63,992 bases of DNA, filler included, from Choristocarpus tenellus KU-1152 (GCA_964200185.2; 9 parts of 9 records of this genome joined end to end with filler, not necessarily neighbours in it), one strand, 5' to 3'; counted from the whole stretch's first letter, positions 24,201 to 38,313 are shown. Notes: generated by a model from the sequence alone, not told the origin. Program-made: numbers and translations.

Positions 24201-27200
24201 NNNNNNNNNNNNNNNNNNNNNNNNNNNNNNNNNNNNNNNNNNNNTTAATTAATTAANNNNNNNNNNNNNNNNNNNNNNNNNNNNNNNNNNNNNNNNNNNN
24301 CATACATATTTTACCGTAACTGTCCGATAGAGTTGGAAGAGTCAAATCGAACATGTCGTGTGCCAGATAGTCCCCACAATAGTTTCTCCCCACCAGCATG
24401 TGATCAATGCAGTCTACACCATGAGCCAATAAGAGAGTTGTGTAAAACAAACTGAACAACAGTGACGGTTTTGAGGGGTTAAACAGACTTCCGGAAAGTA
24501 CAGCAAAAAGTATGTGTCGTAACATACGGGGACAACAACCAGCCTGGACCTATTACGACAAGGGCAAAGGAAGGCTTGCCAAGATAATACAAAATGCCGA
24601 AAGGCAGGGAGGAGGCTGGGCCTAAGGGACTGGTCAATGGAAGTTGCACTCTTTTTTGGTCTGGTCTCTATTTATATGGTGAATATAATTCTATGCAATA
24701 CTTTACAAAAGTAAGACTGGTGAGGTTACTGTTGTCTTGGGGCTAGAGGCAGATATTCCTACAAAGAATACCCTTCTTTTCTGGTGTGTCCGGTCTCAGA
24801 GAGAGTAAGTAGTATATTCAAACCGACCAATCAAATGCGCATCTTCGACAGATCAACAGTATACCTCTTCAATGAACTAAACAGGTCGCTCTTTCCACTC
24901 CCTCATCATTTTTTTTTTACCACCTCCAAAGAAAAAAGTTGAAAGGGAGCTCAAGACATACTGAAAACAGAGGTATCCAAACAACCCCCAAAAAATATAA
25001 TAGTACAATGGGTGCGATTCAGAAAGAAAAGTAAAAACGAATGCATAGAAAATAAAAATATTTGCCAAATCAGTCTTTCATCCTGCTGAATATCTTGCAA
25101 TGATCTCCACTGTAGAAGCAGGAAGGCTTGAGTGCAAGTGAGGATAAAAGAGGATGACCAGAAGAACAAAAAGTAAGGAGGCAAAGTTATACTCTACCAG
25201 TGGCCAGAGGATTGAAATAAGAGTTGAGATGGGACACACAGTGGTTATGGAATGCCTGTTTGGGGTTGGGAACCTCTGGGATTCCACCACAATAGTACTA
25301 TACTCGATAAATAGAGCTCAGATCTGGTACGTGCACCATCACATTTGGATGCTTTAAGGTCTCACCATTCTTCACAAGAAAAAACAAGTATAACATTTAT
25401 GTATCAATTACGGTTGAGTCAATTAATTCATTGCGCCTACCACATCAAACACTTCATACATCAACTCTGTAGCAGGGGTAAAATCTTTCACCTAGGTTAA
25501 ACAAAATTTACCGTATATATATATATATATTGTTCTTGTGTCCCATTGGAACTGTTGAGGAGATACCTTTAGGTAATGTACGCTTTGAGAAGTAAAACTA
25601 CTGTCCATATCAACCACCGCACAACAATACACGATACTGCACAATGTTGAGAGCATGGTAAAGCCACAAAGATATGTATGTACACATATATACACAGAAA
25701 TATATAGACTCAGTACCGTGTTATGTGATGGGTGTTAAAATCCTCCACCACAACACAGTGTAGGATCTGACAAGCTAATTCCCATCGTTTTGATTCAAAA
25801 CCTTACCAAAACAGCTACACGGTCTCCATTCTAGACCCTTGTCACTTCAGTAAGCATTCCCACAACTTTTTGTTCCAACTCAAAAAAGTAGTGCATCAAA
25901 TACAAGTCAATAAAAAAGTGCGAATGGCTAATGATACGCCAAATGCGTAAGTTATCATTCTGAATGAAGAAAAAAATATTCCATATTGAAAGTAAGCAAA
26001 AACAGTGGGCCAGTGTGAGGGGTATCAACAATGTGAAAGAAAGTCGACATTCAAATCCCAAACACATCAGTTATTAACTGCACCAAATGTTTCATTCATT
26101 CCAACTCATCAGCACACATGATGCACACAATCCAAGTACACCATAAATATGTAGGTCGTTCACAAAACTGCCTCAAAAAGAGTTCCGCATTCATCTTTGG
26201 TGATTTTGAGGTGGAACAGGTTTTAACCAACCGATATTAACATCACGAAATGTTCAAACGAGAAAAGAGTGAGCATGAGGAGGGAAAGGTGATCAAGGCA
26301 GCTTCCCTCGAAACAAGTAGGTTTCTTTACTTATCACAATCTTTGATTGAGTTCTGCTTTAAAACACTGTATTTGCAATATTACACTTTAATTTTTGTGG
26401 ATGTATTCCTTTCACCACCCACTGTGTCCTCCTATCGCAACAACCCTGCAATTACAATCACTCTTGTCACAATGCCAGCCCCCCCAATCCACAAGCACAT
26501 GGTTTATATTCATCACTACCCTCTCCTGTAAATATGTACTCAACTTATCACAAAAAACAAAAGGGGGCAAGACAGACAAGATAGATGGCTGCAATCGCCA
26601 GGGAACGAGCACCCGTGTACTTGGTGTGGTAACCCTTGACTAAAGCAAAGCCCCCTCCCTTCAATCCCTTTACCGGTGCCAAGGCAACGGTCTGGTTTGT
26701 GTATGAGAGGCGTGACGCCAGCGGAGAAGCACACCCTAAACACACAATCCAACCCTGCAACAGAAAAAAGTCTTCAGCTTGAAAAGGACTACAAGTATAC
26801 CCTCATTCAGTCACTGTTACAAGCCCCTATTTTTATCCTCACACACCAATGAACCCCCACCCCACCCCTCCTTCCTCTCCTCATACCTCACAACTAGTAA
26901 CTGTATCACAGGGACAATGCGTCTCCTTGCTTGATAATCAATACTCTGTCCCCACTCCAACCGCATGTTCGTATTTTTTTATAATTCCCACTGTTGATAT
27001 ACTTGAGGGTAAAAATAAAAGATGCAACGGGTCTGAGGAAGCATTCATTGTTCCCACAAAGCTTCCATCCAAACCACTTTCTAAACTATACTTAACGTTT
27101 CTGCGCCTACTTCCGACGCTACAGTTGTATATCTTGGGCAATCCCCATCTACCAACTAGAAATTTCACTAACAAACGCACAACATAAAATCCTGCGCTGG

Positions 27201-27574
27201 TCAGCGCCAGAGCCAAAAGCCCTGTCGTATACTCTCATAAACACATGCACCACCAAAGGAAAATCTCACCCCAGCCCCCCACGAGAAAATCAAGGAACCC
27301 CGCAATTGGGAGAGGGAATTTGGGGGGGGGGGGCGAGCCTCAAAACTCAAAAAATAGAAGTTGTCGGAATCACCGCCCCGGCAAGCGCTAATTACACAAT
27401 ATCCAAGTGGCATAGAAACCACAACAATGTTGGCCCATGGCTCAAATGTACAGACCCCACCATCACCCTCCTACCACCTACCCTCTCAAGCCAATCAGCA
27501 CGATGTACTGAGCCTGAGTCTATACATTCCTCCGCCGACGCACCGCTTTCCTGGTGTGGGGAAGCGAGGCGTTA

Positions 27575-28052
27575 CCCTCCGCAGATGCGAGGTCGCGCCG
27601 ATCAGTTTTTCAGATCGTACAGGAGTGGACGCTGGAGCACCACCACCACCAATGCAGACGTTGTTGGCACTCACGCCCTTTCCCAACCCACCCCCCGAAG
27701 TCTTTTCCCTGAAACCAGCGTCCGCACCATCCATTGGAAAAAGACATTCCTCTTCCGCTGTGGGGCATGTTGTTTCCAACTCAGGATGAGCTGGCGACCG
27801 TGTTACAATTGAAGCGCGTACTTGAGCGGGGTCCAGGTCAGACGCAAATACTGCAGCATAGTCCGAAACATAAGCCGATTCATTGGACGAATTCCCTCCT
27901 CCTTGGTCCTCCTGCCAATACACGAGATGTGGAAGGACCACCCGCTTTGGGCGAGGGGCTGTCAGCCCCGCCCCCCCAGGTGTGTAGCCCATTCCACCAA
28001 CATCCTTATTGGTGTTCGCCCCGCGAAGTGAGGGGGGGGGCAAGAGGGGAGG
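27575..28052 (-). CDS. Probable coding exon of an unidentified gene (5' end lost in the gap; possible further exons toward ~25080)
   Basis: Long GC-rich open frame (RVVLPHLVYWQEDQ...SDYAAVFASDLD...LIGATSHLRR) ending at a GTAAC donor; no family recognised. Confidence 0.4.
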
Positions 28053-28152
28053 NNNNNNNNNNNNNNNNNNNNNNNNNNNNNNNNNNNNNNNNNNNNTTAA
28101 TTAATTAANNNNNNNNNNNNNNNNNNNNNNNNNNNNNNNNNNNNNNNNNNNN

Positions 28153-30337
28153 TTCTTTTCACTGTGTTGTTGTTGTTACCAGCTGGAAGCCCTCAGGCAG
28201 CAGCATCCAGGCGGTGTTCCCCCCCCCCCCCCAAATTTTACAGAAATGAAGATTATCATGATCCCAATAGATACATATATTACAGGAAGTGTGAGTTCAG
28301 GAGTAGGGGAGACAAGCATTGAGGCAAAGAAGTAAGAGGATACCTGTATCAATGTCCCGTACGAATGGATGACCAAGTGTTCACATCAAAATCATTTAGC
28401 TATGGTGCTAGATAGAACTGGTAGGATAGAGGGAAAACAGATCCAGAAGAGGTAATAAATAGACAACAAATACCCAGACCTTGCCATAGCAATAAGCATC
28501 CTGGAGCGCGAAATGTCAGGCAACACAACAAATATTTCTGGGTACTCTAGACCATGCCAAGCTTTAATAAAACATCCAAGGGTTATCTTACTGGTCACCA
28601 TGTCCCACCCGCCTATTCCTCAAGTCTTCATCAACACACAGACAGGGTAGCTCTCACCCTGATATGCTTCTCAGGTCGACCCACTTGAGTGACAATGTAG
28701 TCGTAAACGTACTGATTATTCTTCTGATAGTACTCCACCATTTGACTGGAAACATCAGGACCGTCAGGCAGCACATTCTTGCTCACCTCATCGAGTGATC
28801 CAAATGATCCTGCAGGAATATGATGGATGTGTGAGATTGCCGGAAGGGAATGTGGATTGGGAGAAGGAGGAAGGCGAGATGGGAATGTTGAGATTGATAC
28901 TGCCTGGGGTTAGGATGTGTATTGGAGTCAGAAAAATTGACTTTGTAACGGGCCGGTCCTGTACAATTCTAGGAGGGAAAGCGTAAATCATGTTGTTTAT
29001 GCAGAAAAACGAACACACCATACTTGTAATAGCTAGTCCAGTTGCAAAAAGTCAAGCATGATGTTATCAAAGCTAGTGTAATCAAAACTGGTCTTGTTTT
29101 TCTAACTATCTTACTAGCAGGGCTAGCCTAAAGTATCTCAGAGGTGCATGTCATACCGACACAAAGGAGCAGTCAAATCATTATGGTTAGTGGACACAAC
29201 TTGCTCACAATTTTCCACAGGATCCATACATTCCGCCACATCAGTGGTGAATATGGGAGATGAGTCCGCAGCATTAAATGCAGTTTTTTGTCAACTTTCA
29301 CAGGAGGGTATTGGCAATCCCTAAAATTGAACGTACCTACAGCCCACTTACCTAGTGATGTGAAGTCGGGTTTTACAGGTGTGTACGTAATAAAGGCATT
29401 GGCACCAGGAGTTTTAGAAGAAGCAAACACCACCAACTTCCGCCGGCCGGAGATCTCTGCCTCGGCCCTCTCCCATCCCGTTGGTACCTAAGTCAATTAC
29501 GTCAATTATCCATCAAGGGGGAGATGAGAAGGAGGAGCAAACACATTGGACACAAGATGGTCGTGGGATCTCGAGATTAACTACACAATTGACGGTCTTT
29601 GCAAGTCCAATTTGTGGACGAAAGTTTCATTGCACTGCCGGCAAGGGCGAGCGCACTTCATTCCTACCTCGAACATGAGTTTGCCGTCAAAGTATTCCTC
29701 TGCAGAGGCAGACCTAGTCAGCAACCCCAAGCCCGTGGTGCCCACGGCATAAACCTTGACAGCATTTCGAAGGAAGGCTTCGCGGGATAACAACTGAGGC
29801 TCGCCTGCGGGTGTGTCTGGCGTGGTGGAATGGTGCAAAGCCACCTCCTTTACAACCCTGACTCGCGAGTTAACGGACACTCTCCTATTGAGTGGAACTG
29901 CAGCGAGGCCCTTGGCGGCGGGAAGAAAGGCGAAGGAGAGTACACGTGTAACGATGCTCAGTGTTGCCTGTAATTTGGAATCGCTGGACGAACAGTTCCC
30001 GGAGCACAGTCACGGAGTAGGTCTTAACCAACCTTAGTGACTGTTGATGGGGGTCTAGTGCCTATTGTAGAGAGAGAGAGATTTGCATGGCATACACCAA
30101 ATACCGAATAAGGAATAATAGTATGGGCATACGAAATATATGACAGGCTGATGAGTAATCTCAAGAAATCGACCACAGAGCAGGGAGTGAAGATACATAC
30201 TCCTTGAACCGACTAGGACAGAAGATGATGAATTTGGAGGTAGTAAGTTGAACCTTCTTCACCTGGACGTCAATGCAGCCCAGCAAAATGACAGCTACAG
30301 CAAGGAAAAGGAAAGCTGTAAGAGAAATCATCCTCAT
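28153..30337 (-). CDS. PsbP-domain (PPD-like) thylakoid lumen protein, 3'-partial
   Basis: Exons 30337-30263 (signal peptide MRMISLTAFLFLAVAVILLGCIDVQ), 29910-29668, 29487-29352, 28809-28658, and a damaged exon ~28216-28153. Mature region ASA|EEYFDGKLMFEVPTGW...YTPVKPDFTSLGSFGSLDEV...YVYDY...EKHIR fits the PsbP fold. Confidence 0.8.
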
Positions 30338-31931
30338 TGTACACCACAAGTGCGGATTGTGGATACTGACAATGAATATATTATGAACAACAACGAAGCT
30401 ATGCAACATGAACACAATGCAGAAACCGATAGGAGGCGTTATCATACGCATTCACCACAACAAACAGGATGAGTTTACAACAATATTTGTATACACTGAC
30501 AGAGGGGGTGAGAGTACCTAGCTGCAAGTGGTGGGGCGTGAGGTGGTGATATCTTACCCAAGAATGAGTCGGGGTGGTGCATTCATCATTTTTGAAGTCG
30601 TAGCATCGTTAACCTTTGCTTTGCTTGTGGCATCTCCGTACTGTTTGGCGTTGGTCAGAGTACCATCTAATCTCAGGAGGACATTCCCGATGGATGTTCG
30701 GCATAGGAAGAACAATGGACGGGAAAGGAAGATAGATTATTCTACTCGTCCAGGTGTGCGATCGGTTAACATCAGAGAAATCGGCATATTTCGTGTTGTG
30801 CATACCATCTTTGATTTTTGGTCTTGTTCCTGTTGTCGCTAGAAAGCTATTTTCCTCGCACCAGTCTTCTCTTCACCACCCTCCTTCAAGTAATCCATTC
30901 TCCCACGTTTGATTGTTTCCCATCATCTCAGCCTATTGTCAATCGCTCGACTTTTCAAGTTTTCTCGACTCGCCATCCCGAGCGAAATTCAACTTCAACC
31001 CGAAACGATTAATGGCAGGTATGCTATTCTGGGATGGGGAAGCGAAGTGCTCTGATCGAGGGACAGAAGAAACTTGTGTGACTAGATCCCCTGGTGTCAC
31101 CCGAAAGTATGGTCCGGCGAGTCCATATATTCACATGGGAAGGTTGCGTATACCAGAGGAAAGACGACTCAAACTTGCTTGTTCCTCTAGTGCAAGGTGA
31201 GGGAAAGACAGCAAGGAGGACGTTCCTGGACCATTCAGGTCGAAAAATATTCTATACCAATGCATTATCGGCACTGTTTTATGATATGCATCTAGTGTTA
31301 GAAGGATACTATTCAAGTGACTGGGAGGAATTACAGAAATCCGACTGAGCCCTGCACCCACCCGACCTCCAACTTTTACGGCATCCATCTCCGCAAATAT
31401 ATCCTTGGTAGACTCCTCATACGCCCTTGTATCTTGAGGAAACAGTCATTTGGTGTTCCGAAACACGACTAAGCCGTTGGAAGCTCTTCCATTTGCATGG
31501 ATGTTCAACTGGAAAGGCACAACAGACCAGGAGAGAGGTAAAAGGTTACGGCTGAAAATATATAACCCTGGAGTACCTCCCTGTCACACCTTTAAACTCA
31601 CTTCTCCCTTACCCCCTTTACGTTCCAACTGTTTCTTGTCATCACCTTTGGTGATGCCTGATCGTCTCTGACTGTCCAAGGTCGGGCATGGAATTTACCA
31701 CAGATGAGACACGCTCAACAGCAGAGATAAGCGCCCCGGCTGAAACAGATGTAGATGAGCCCGGCAGCCACCATGAGGACAGACCATGGGATCGCGTAAT
31801 AGAGGTGGAGGGTTTGGGGTAAGCAGATATCATACAAGCAGTAGGACAGATGGCTTGATACCGATACCACATGATAAGAAGCTTGTACCCTCAGCCCTTC
31901 TGTGTGTTCCCTTTGCCCTGTATAAGGTTTA

Positions 31932-32020
31932 GACCCAAAGTATCTGGGGGGGGGGGGGGGGGCCCTACAAAAGGGTGTTCATTTGGTCCAAAACCAGGAA
32001 AGGTGCCCTTTCATAATAGA
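31932..32020. mobile_element. MITE family A end at contig edge
   Basis: gacccaaagtatct(g)n followed by degraded sequence up to the gap. Confidence 0.75.
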
Positions 32021-33699
32021 NNNNNNNNNNNNNNNNNNNNNNNNNNNNNNNNNNNNNNNNNNNNTTAATTAATTAANNNNNNNNNNNNNNNNNNNNNNNN
32101 NNNNNNNNNNNNNNNNNNNNCATGTAGGACAAAAGGAGACATGCCAGGGGTAGCAAGAACAAATGGAGGGGACTTTGTTCACACCATGGATAGACCCCAC
32201 TAATATTTCACACCACTTTGGAACCAATAAATAGTTCCTAGTAGTACAAGCTTTTGCTGAAAGTAGCACACTCGGGATTACCAGTCAAAGTCAATTACAA
32301 CTCCTCTAACTACTGCATTTTATCCTTGACAGGCCTTTGGTGTATGGTTATCACTGTTGCGAAAAAGAAAAGGTTATGCAGTAATAGAAGAGAGCATAGG
32401 AAAATATTTGGTTTTGGGGAGAGTGATAGTGGACAAAAGAGAGAGAGACAGCTAATGAGATTCAAGGTCTGAGTATACCACACTGTGATTGAAGAACCAA
32501 GGAAAATCAGGGTGATCCATAGTCCGGCGAGGAGTGGAGTAAATGAGTTACTGTCAGTAGTATTTTAGTGCCCCCTACGCGTGTGTGCGGTGAAATCTTC
32601 TCATGGTGGTCAAACAGGTGTGTGGCCTAAAAAAAAACGTGGTAAGAAAGCTTATTGATTGCCAAGTGCAATGTATGTGGTGCATTCAGTAAATTAGGGT
32701 CAACCCATCCAGCACCTCAAAATTTGGATATGTGCGGAGTGAATACCTGATCATTGACTAAAGACTGACGTTTGGATTACGTAATTCCCCTGGCTGGTAG
32801 AGCTCGCTGTATACTCTGCAATAGGACACTCTCACTGAAATGCATCCAAAAGCCACGTAGATGTTCAAGATATCATTCATTACAGAGGGAAGTAGAGGAA
32901 ACACGGGGAAACAGGGAGTGCTATCATCGCCAAAATAATAAAGGTCAATTGAGATCGTGACCATAGTACAACTGGTTGTCGTGTAAACCCTGGTATGGCA
33001 GACTCTCGTGCCAGCCAAATATGGAGACAAAGAATCGCCGGGAACACTTTTATCGCAGGAACCATACAACACCCTTAAGGAAAGCGGTTGTATAACAAAA
33101 TGTGACATGAGCGGTGGTACGACTAGTTATTGTTCCAGGGGTAAAGCTAGCACTAGCACGGCTGGACCTCATGTGAATCTTGGTATGGCTGGATCTCGTA
33201 CCAGGAATGACATGGTTGGGTCTCGTGCGAACTGTGACAAGTTCGAACAAAATATCTGTACTGGTTCATAATCTTTGGACGAAAGATGCCAAATCCATGG
33301 GGATATATATGTGTGTGTGTTATAGGCGAATGTCGCAAGCATTTCTTCCTGCGCTCTAACCAGCTCGAGCAGTGTATGTGCACGTGGAACCCCCAAAAAG
33401 GGGAACTCCGATTTGCTAAAAGTTGCAGAGGGAGATCTGAAACTTGAGAATAAAAGCAACGGTTTTCAGATGTATTACGACGTCTGTAACTCGAATAAAT
33501 AGATGATGGATGAGAGTAACCCAGATCCCACTCTGACAATTTCTTGGCATACATTCCCATTGATTTAAAGTATACCTTCATCTGCTGACCTGACATTCAC
33601 CATTCTCATTTGACCTTTTGACTTTCGGAGTATCCCAGAAGTCCTGGAGAGGCATCAGCGCCATCTGTAGGCGTGTGGATTGGAGCCATACATCCCGCA

Positions 33700-34020
33700 G
33701 AGGTAAGCTTTGGAGTGCTGTGACACGGAGATCCTACTGAGACTTTCGCATTGTAACATATATATGCTGCCAGCGGAGGGCAAGCCTGTCCACTGAAGGG
33801 GGGAAGTCTTGCCTGGGGCAGGGGAGGATGATTGAGGGGTATGGAATGCTTGATCTAAAGTACAAGCATCTCAAGTTGGAGTCGGTCGTTCTTATTCCCG
33901 GTCTTGCATATAATATCTTTTCCTTTCGCTACATCAGAGTGTCTCCTAGGGGTTGCAATCAACTTTACCCACGACACTTACCACGAGTATCATGGGGTGT
34001 GATTATCAATCGAACCTGAG
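33700..34020 (+). mobile_element. Ty1/Copia-like pol (protease region) remnant
   Basis: IEGYGMLDLKYKHLKLESVVLIPGLAYNIFS resembles the G.G....L..V..VP.L..NL.S segment of copia polyproteins. Confidence 0.45.
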
Positions 34021-34529
34021 TGGGATAGAGACATGAACTCGGCACATTCAATGCACCTGGGGCATCAAAATGACTAAAATATACACAAATAATCAAGAAG
34101 TACAAATATATAAAATCTAGGACTTCAAGGTCATAACGGTGTTTATGAACCGTCATCAAGACACATCGCCTGTAACAATTGATCCTGGGAGGTGCTGCAG
34201 TAGTATGATCACGGCTTATTGTTGGACTCTGCATGGTTATAGAAAGTCTGATTGATTTGGTAGATGTTCTTCAATATACAAACTCTGTCAGTATGTGACA
34301 TACATGAGTTTACTTAGAAGTAGGCTTAAGCCCCCTTTGCTTTTAGTATACTAGGCCATCTCTTCACTTTACAGGACTTGAAGCCTCTACACAGAGCACT
34401 TCACAAGGACCAACGATTCGTGCAATTCAAAGTTCTAACAATATACCTGTACTTTACTTCTTGCACTAAAATCTGGATTGTGATGGTAAGGATTTTATGT
34501 GGACGATGAGAGTTATGTATCAGATTTCA

Positions 34530-34887
34530 GACCCAAAGTATCTGGGGGGGGGGGGGGGGGGCCTACCCGGGGGGGCCTTTTGGGGCCAAAAAAGAAAAAA
34601 AAAATTCCCCCAACCCACCCGAAACACCCAACCANNNNNNNNNNAAAAGTTTTTTTTTTTTAATTAAAATTTTTATTTTGGAAAAGATATGAGTTTTTTA
34701 TCTTCATCCCCCACAATTTAATGGGGGGGGGGGGGGGGGAGTCTACACCGGGGTGTCCATTTGGGCCAAATCAGGAAAAGTACATTCACACCATCCATCC
34801 GAAGCATCCAACCGAATTACCCAAAAATCGCGACATGAAAAAATCGATCCCAAATGGACAGCCACCACCCCCCCAGATACTTTGAGC
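34530..34887 (-). mobile_element. MITE family A copy with a small N gap around the poly-G tract
   Basis: Left gacccaaagtatct(g)n; 34722-34887 is the reverse complement of most of 21879-22058, ending agatactttgagc. Confidence 0.85.
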
Positions 34888-37444
34888 ATCAGAAGGGGTC
34901 GAATGATGCCGGTGGGATGGCGAAAAACAGCCCATGAGGAGAAATCAAACCATGTGCAGAGCAAAGCATTTTTAGTAGTGCAACAGGTGGTTTGTAGGGT
35001 AGAAGATATAGTGTAGTGCACACTGCAATCTGAACACAGGTCAAAAGACTCTAGGTAAGGTGGAGGTAGTGGACAAATTCCAGGATAAGAGGGAGCAAAA
35101 ATAATGATTTTCTGATATTTGGCCTTCATATAATGTGTTGATGATGTAGTATTAACTAACCTGAATACGATGGTAGTGGGAAGCTTGTGGTGTCTTGGTA
35201 TGCAGAGGCAAATAATTTGGACGATGTATGATCACGTGGATGACGGTTTGCAGGGGGGGCGTATATAGAAGTCAGTGAATGTAGTAGTATGTCTGTGACA
35301 TAACGTGACCGTAACAGTACAAAGAGTAAAGCTATATCAAGTGTCAAACTTCATTGTGTATACCTTACAATAAAAACACCACACTTGGTTGATCAGAGCA
35401 AGACCGACCAGGATGATAGAACCTCTCCCTCTTGACTGATTGCTCCTTATTCCATCTCTCAGTTAGGTTTCGAACCGTGCAGCCCTCTACACAATGCTCC
35501 ATTCACATATTTTGTAATTTCTTGGTTACTTCACAGAGCAAAATATGATCAAGCACGACTGCTTCTCATCGTTGTGATGAAATATATATATTTTAAAACG
35601 TGAGAAATCTTCGACTTCTATATTTTTATGCTGTCCTCCTACACCAACGGCACATTCCTTATTGAGTATGTATTGTTCATATGTTAGATAAGCACTCCGT
35701 CCAGCATGAAAATAAGGCCTCAGGGTATTCTGCACATTACTTCAATTTATGCTACACGGCTGTTGAGGTTATTTCCAAATGTTCAGTTACCCAGCTTTTG
35801 GGGCAACTCCTTAATTTTGAGATGTGAGGCTGTAAAGAAGGTTATTTCCCCGTTGTAAGTGTTACAGTATTGATTAGTACACTGTTCTCTCACGTGAGTA
35901 CTTCCTACCCTCTGACCACGTCTGCCAGAAAATATTGTGAACATGTCTACGAAAAAATGTTAGTGTGTGCTTTGGATGAGAAGAGAGGAGAATCACAGCA
36001 AGGGGGTTGGCGTGAATCGGTCCTCTCCCATTCCATGCTTTGTTTCTTACTCTCTGCATTGCACATGTGGAGGATCAATTTTTCTTCCAAATTGCATGTA
36101 CCCTATAAATGAGTGTAGCCAGTAGAATGTACCAAACGATATCAGGTAGAGGTCTGTCTGACCGGAAATACCCCCTCTCCTATACCTACGGAGGTTATCT
36201 ATCCATGTAATAAGTGCACGGTGATATCTGTTGATCATCCTTATCCTTATTGATCCTCTCTACTGAGTCTACTGCTATAAGAGGGCCTCAAGTTGCCAGC
36301 AAAATAGACTTAACCCAGAAAGACAGGATGCAATCAACCCCCCTCTCATTGGAAAGTGGTGCCTTAAGTTCATTTATAATATCTCGTATGTGGTGAGAGG
36401 TTTCCTAGTTCATATTCTTCACTCTGCATAGAAATTTCGCAGAATGACAGAGCGTCGCAAATCACCGACCCTTCTACTCCAAAAATAAACACCCAGTTCA
36501 CTTGTTTCAATTTCCACTAATTTCTTCAGATGAACAAGACTGTTTTCATACACAAAAGCAACACATGATGTCTTAATGGGTGGGTATTTGGTGAGAGGAA
36601 ACAGAGATTACCACCAAACTTGACGCACAAATTTCTGTCATGATCTGCTGTGTTAAAGCAATGCAGGACTTGAGACATTCCTTTGATCTGATTATGTCCA
36701 AAGACTTGGTGATGAGGAGCGTGAAAGTCATCTAACTGTATTTCATGATAGCAATGCAGTGGACTCATCCTGGCTGCAAATAGTTGATAAGCACATGAGG
36801 TGATATGCTGTGAAGACTAGTGTTATTGATGCTATCAGCTACATATCCTAATAAGAATCCAGTCGTACTGCAGATCTGGAAGGTGTAATGTTTTGTGTCA
36901 TCATGCCAATAGTCAGGGGAAAGGAACTGTACATGCCGGAGTGGACCAAACAATTACATATGGCAGGCAACCTTGGGCAATCTTTCAAACACTAGATAAA
37001 GTTGTGCAACGCAAGACTCGGCAATCTATCTTTCACGCCGTCCATCACACCCGGCTACTGATACACTGCGGAATACAATGGTGCGCTTTACGCACCAGCT
37101 GAAGCACATGCTAGAGATTCTATGTGAGATACGCCCCTTAGTGTCAAGAGTATCACTTTGACTTGAACCATTTCAGTTTGACACTCTTTGTACAATTCAA
37201 ACTCATTTCCATCGTCAATCACCACACAAGATAATACACACAGTCAAATCCATAAAGCAAAAGGAGAGACAACCCCGTAACAAACACACAGCACGATTTT
37301 TGGGCAACTTGAGAATATCCTTGTCTGCAATACATGTTAACTCTTCCACTCTAATCCTCTCTCTCAATAAAAGTTCACCGCATTCGTAAGGTCAAACAAA
37401 GCGACACTCTGACACAAAACTCTGTGATCTCAGGATATTTTAGG

Positions 37445-38313
37445 TAACCTAAATCTACGAGATGTGACTCAAGATGCCATGGGCATCCACAAGCTCCTCG
37501 ACGAGCATCCTGTAACCCCGATTATGACCAATCGTCCATTGTTCAACTCTTTTCGTCTGCATTATCATCAGTTCCAAAATTCAGGCTTCAACCTTGCACG
37601 GCCAAACCGTCCTGGTGTGTAGTCGTCCTGCAAGTTCCCCATACTGGTCGTAGAATTTAGATTCCCCCACCCTTTGACGATAGTCTGATACTCGAAAAGG
37701 GCAATTCCGATCATGGCCGCAACTGAGAACACAGGGAAACGGGCGGTGATTTCCAGGAAGTGGTTTACAGCAGGCCGATGTAGCCTCATACTATGAAAAA
37801 AGTGTGAAAGGTCTGCAAAAAGTGATTGAGAGGAGTTGGCTGGCGAAACACAATGTACGTCGAAACGTTGACGAAATCTGAAACCTGAAAGCAATCGCCC
37901 ATCTAAGCAATGAATAAGAGTCCTGGTCCCCTGTGGCAGTGTCGGTCAGTTGTGCAAACACCAAGATTAGGTAGTAAACTACCTCAACAAAGCAAACGGC
38001 CAGACTCACTGCTCACCTCAGCCACGAGGATGCCCACTGTTGCAAGCATGGCTACGCGGCCGTGCTTCACCTCTGCCTCAAGAAACTTCTCTATGACCTC
38101 AGAGTTATTCTTCGTTGAGAACTTGAACGGACCCCACAAAGCCCCATCCAGGAAAGGAGCGCCGACAAGAGTGCCAACGTAGTCGAATCCAGCTTTTATT
38201 CCAGGACTGGGGGGTGGGGTGAACCTTGGTATCGCAGCCGCCGGACCATTTAGAGACTGGCCTGTAGTGGTGGTAGGGACGAAGTGTATGCTAACTAATC
38301 TTCATGCCTTCAT
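37445..38313 (-). pseudogene. Light-harvesting complex (fucoxanthin-chlorophyll, Lhcx/LI818-like) pseudogene
   Basis: ATG AAG GCA TGA (stop at codon 4); helix 1 EAEVKHGRVAMLATVGILVAE; GT-AG intron 38016-37813; helix 2 PAVNHFLEI..IGIALFEYQTIVKGW..LQDDYTPG; helix 3 QTK/ELNNGRLVIIGV..MLVEELVD.HGIL; several frameshifts and stops. Confidence 0.88.

Noticed and set aside
30500-31900. Several 65-104-aa ORFs upstream of the PsbP-like gene
   Set aside because: No coherent splice structure or recognisable motif; probably decayed repeat or intergenic DNA
35460-35500. tRNA T-loop-like GGTTCGAAACC on the minus strand (similar GGTTCGAGTC at ~4138)
   Set aside because: No D arm, anticodon arm or acceptor stem could be built around either
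28153-38313. Photosynthesis gene cluster (PsbP-like + Lhcx)
   Set aside because: The two lie on different contigs separated by an artificial spacer
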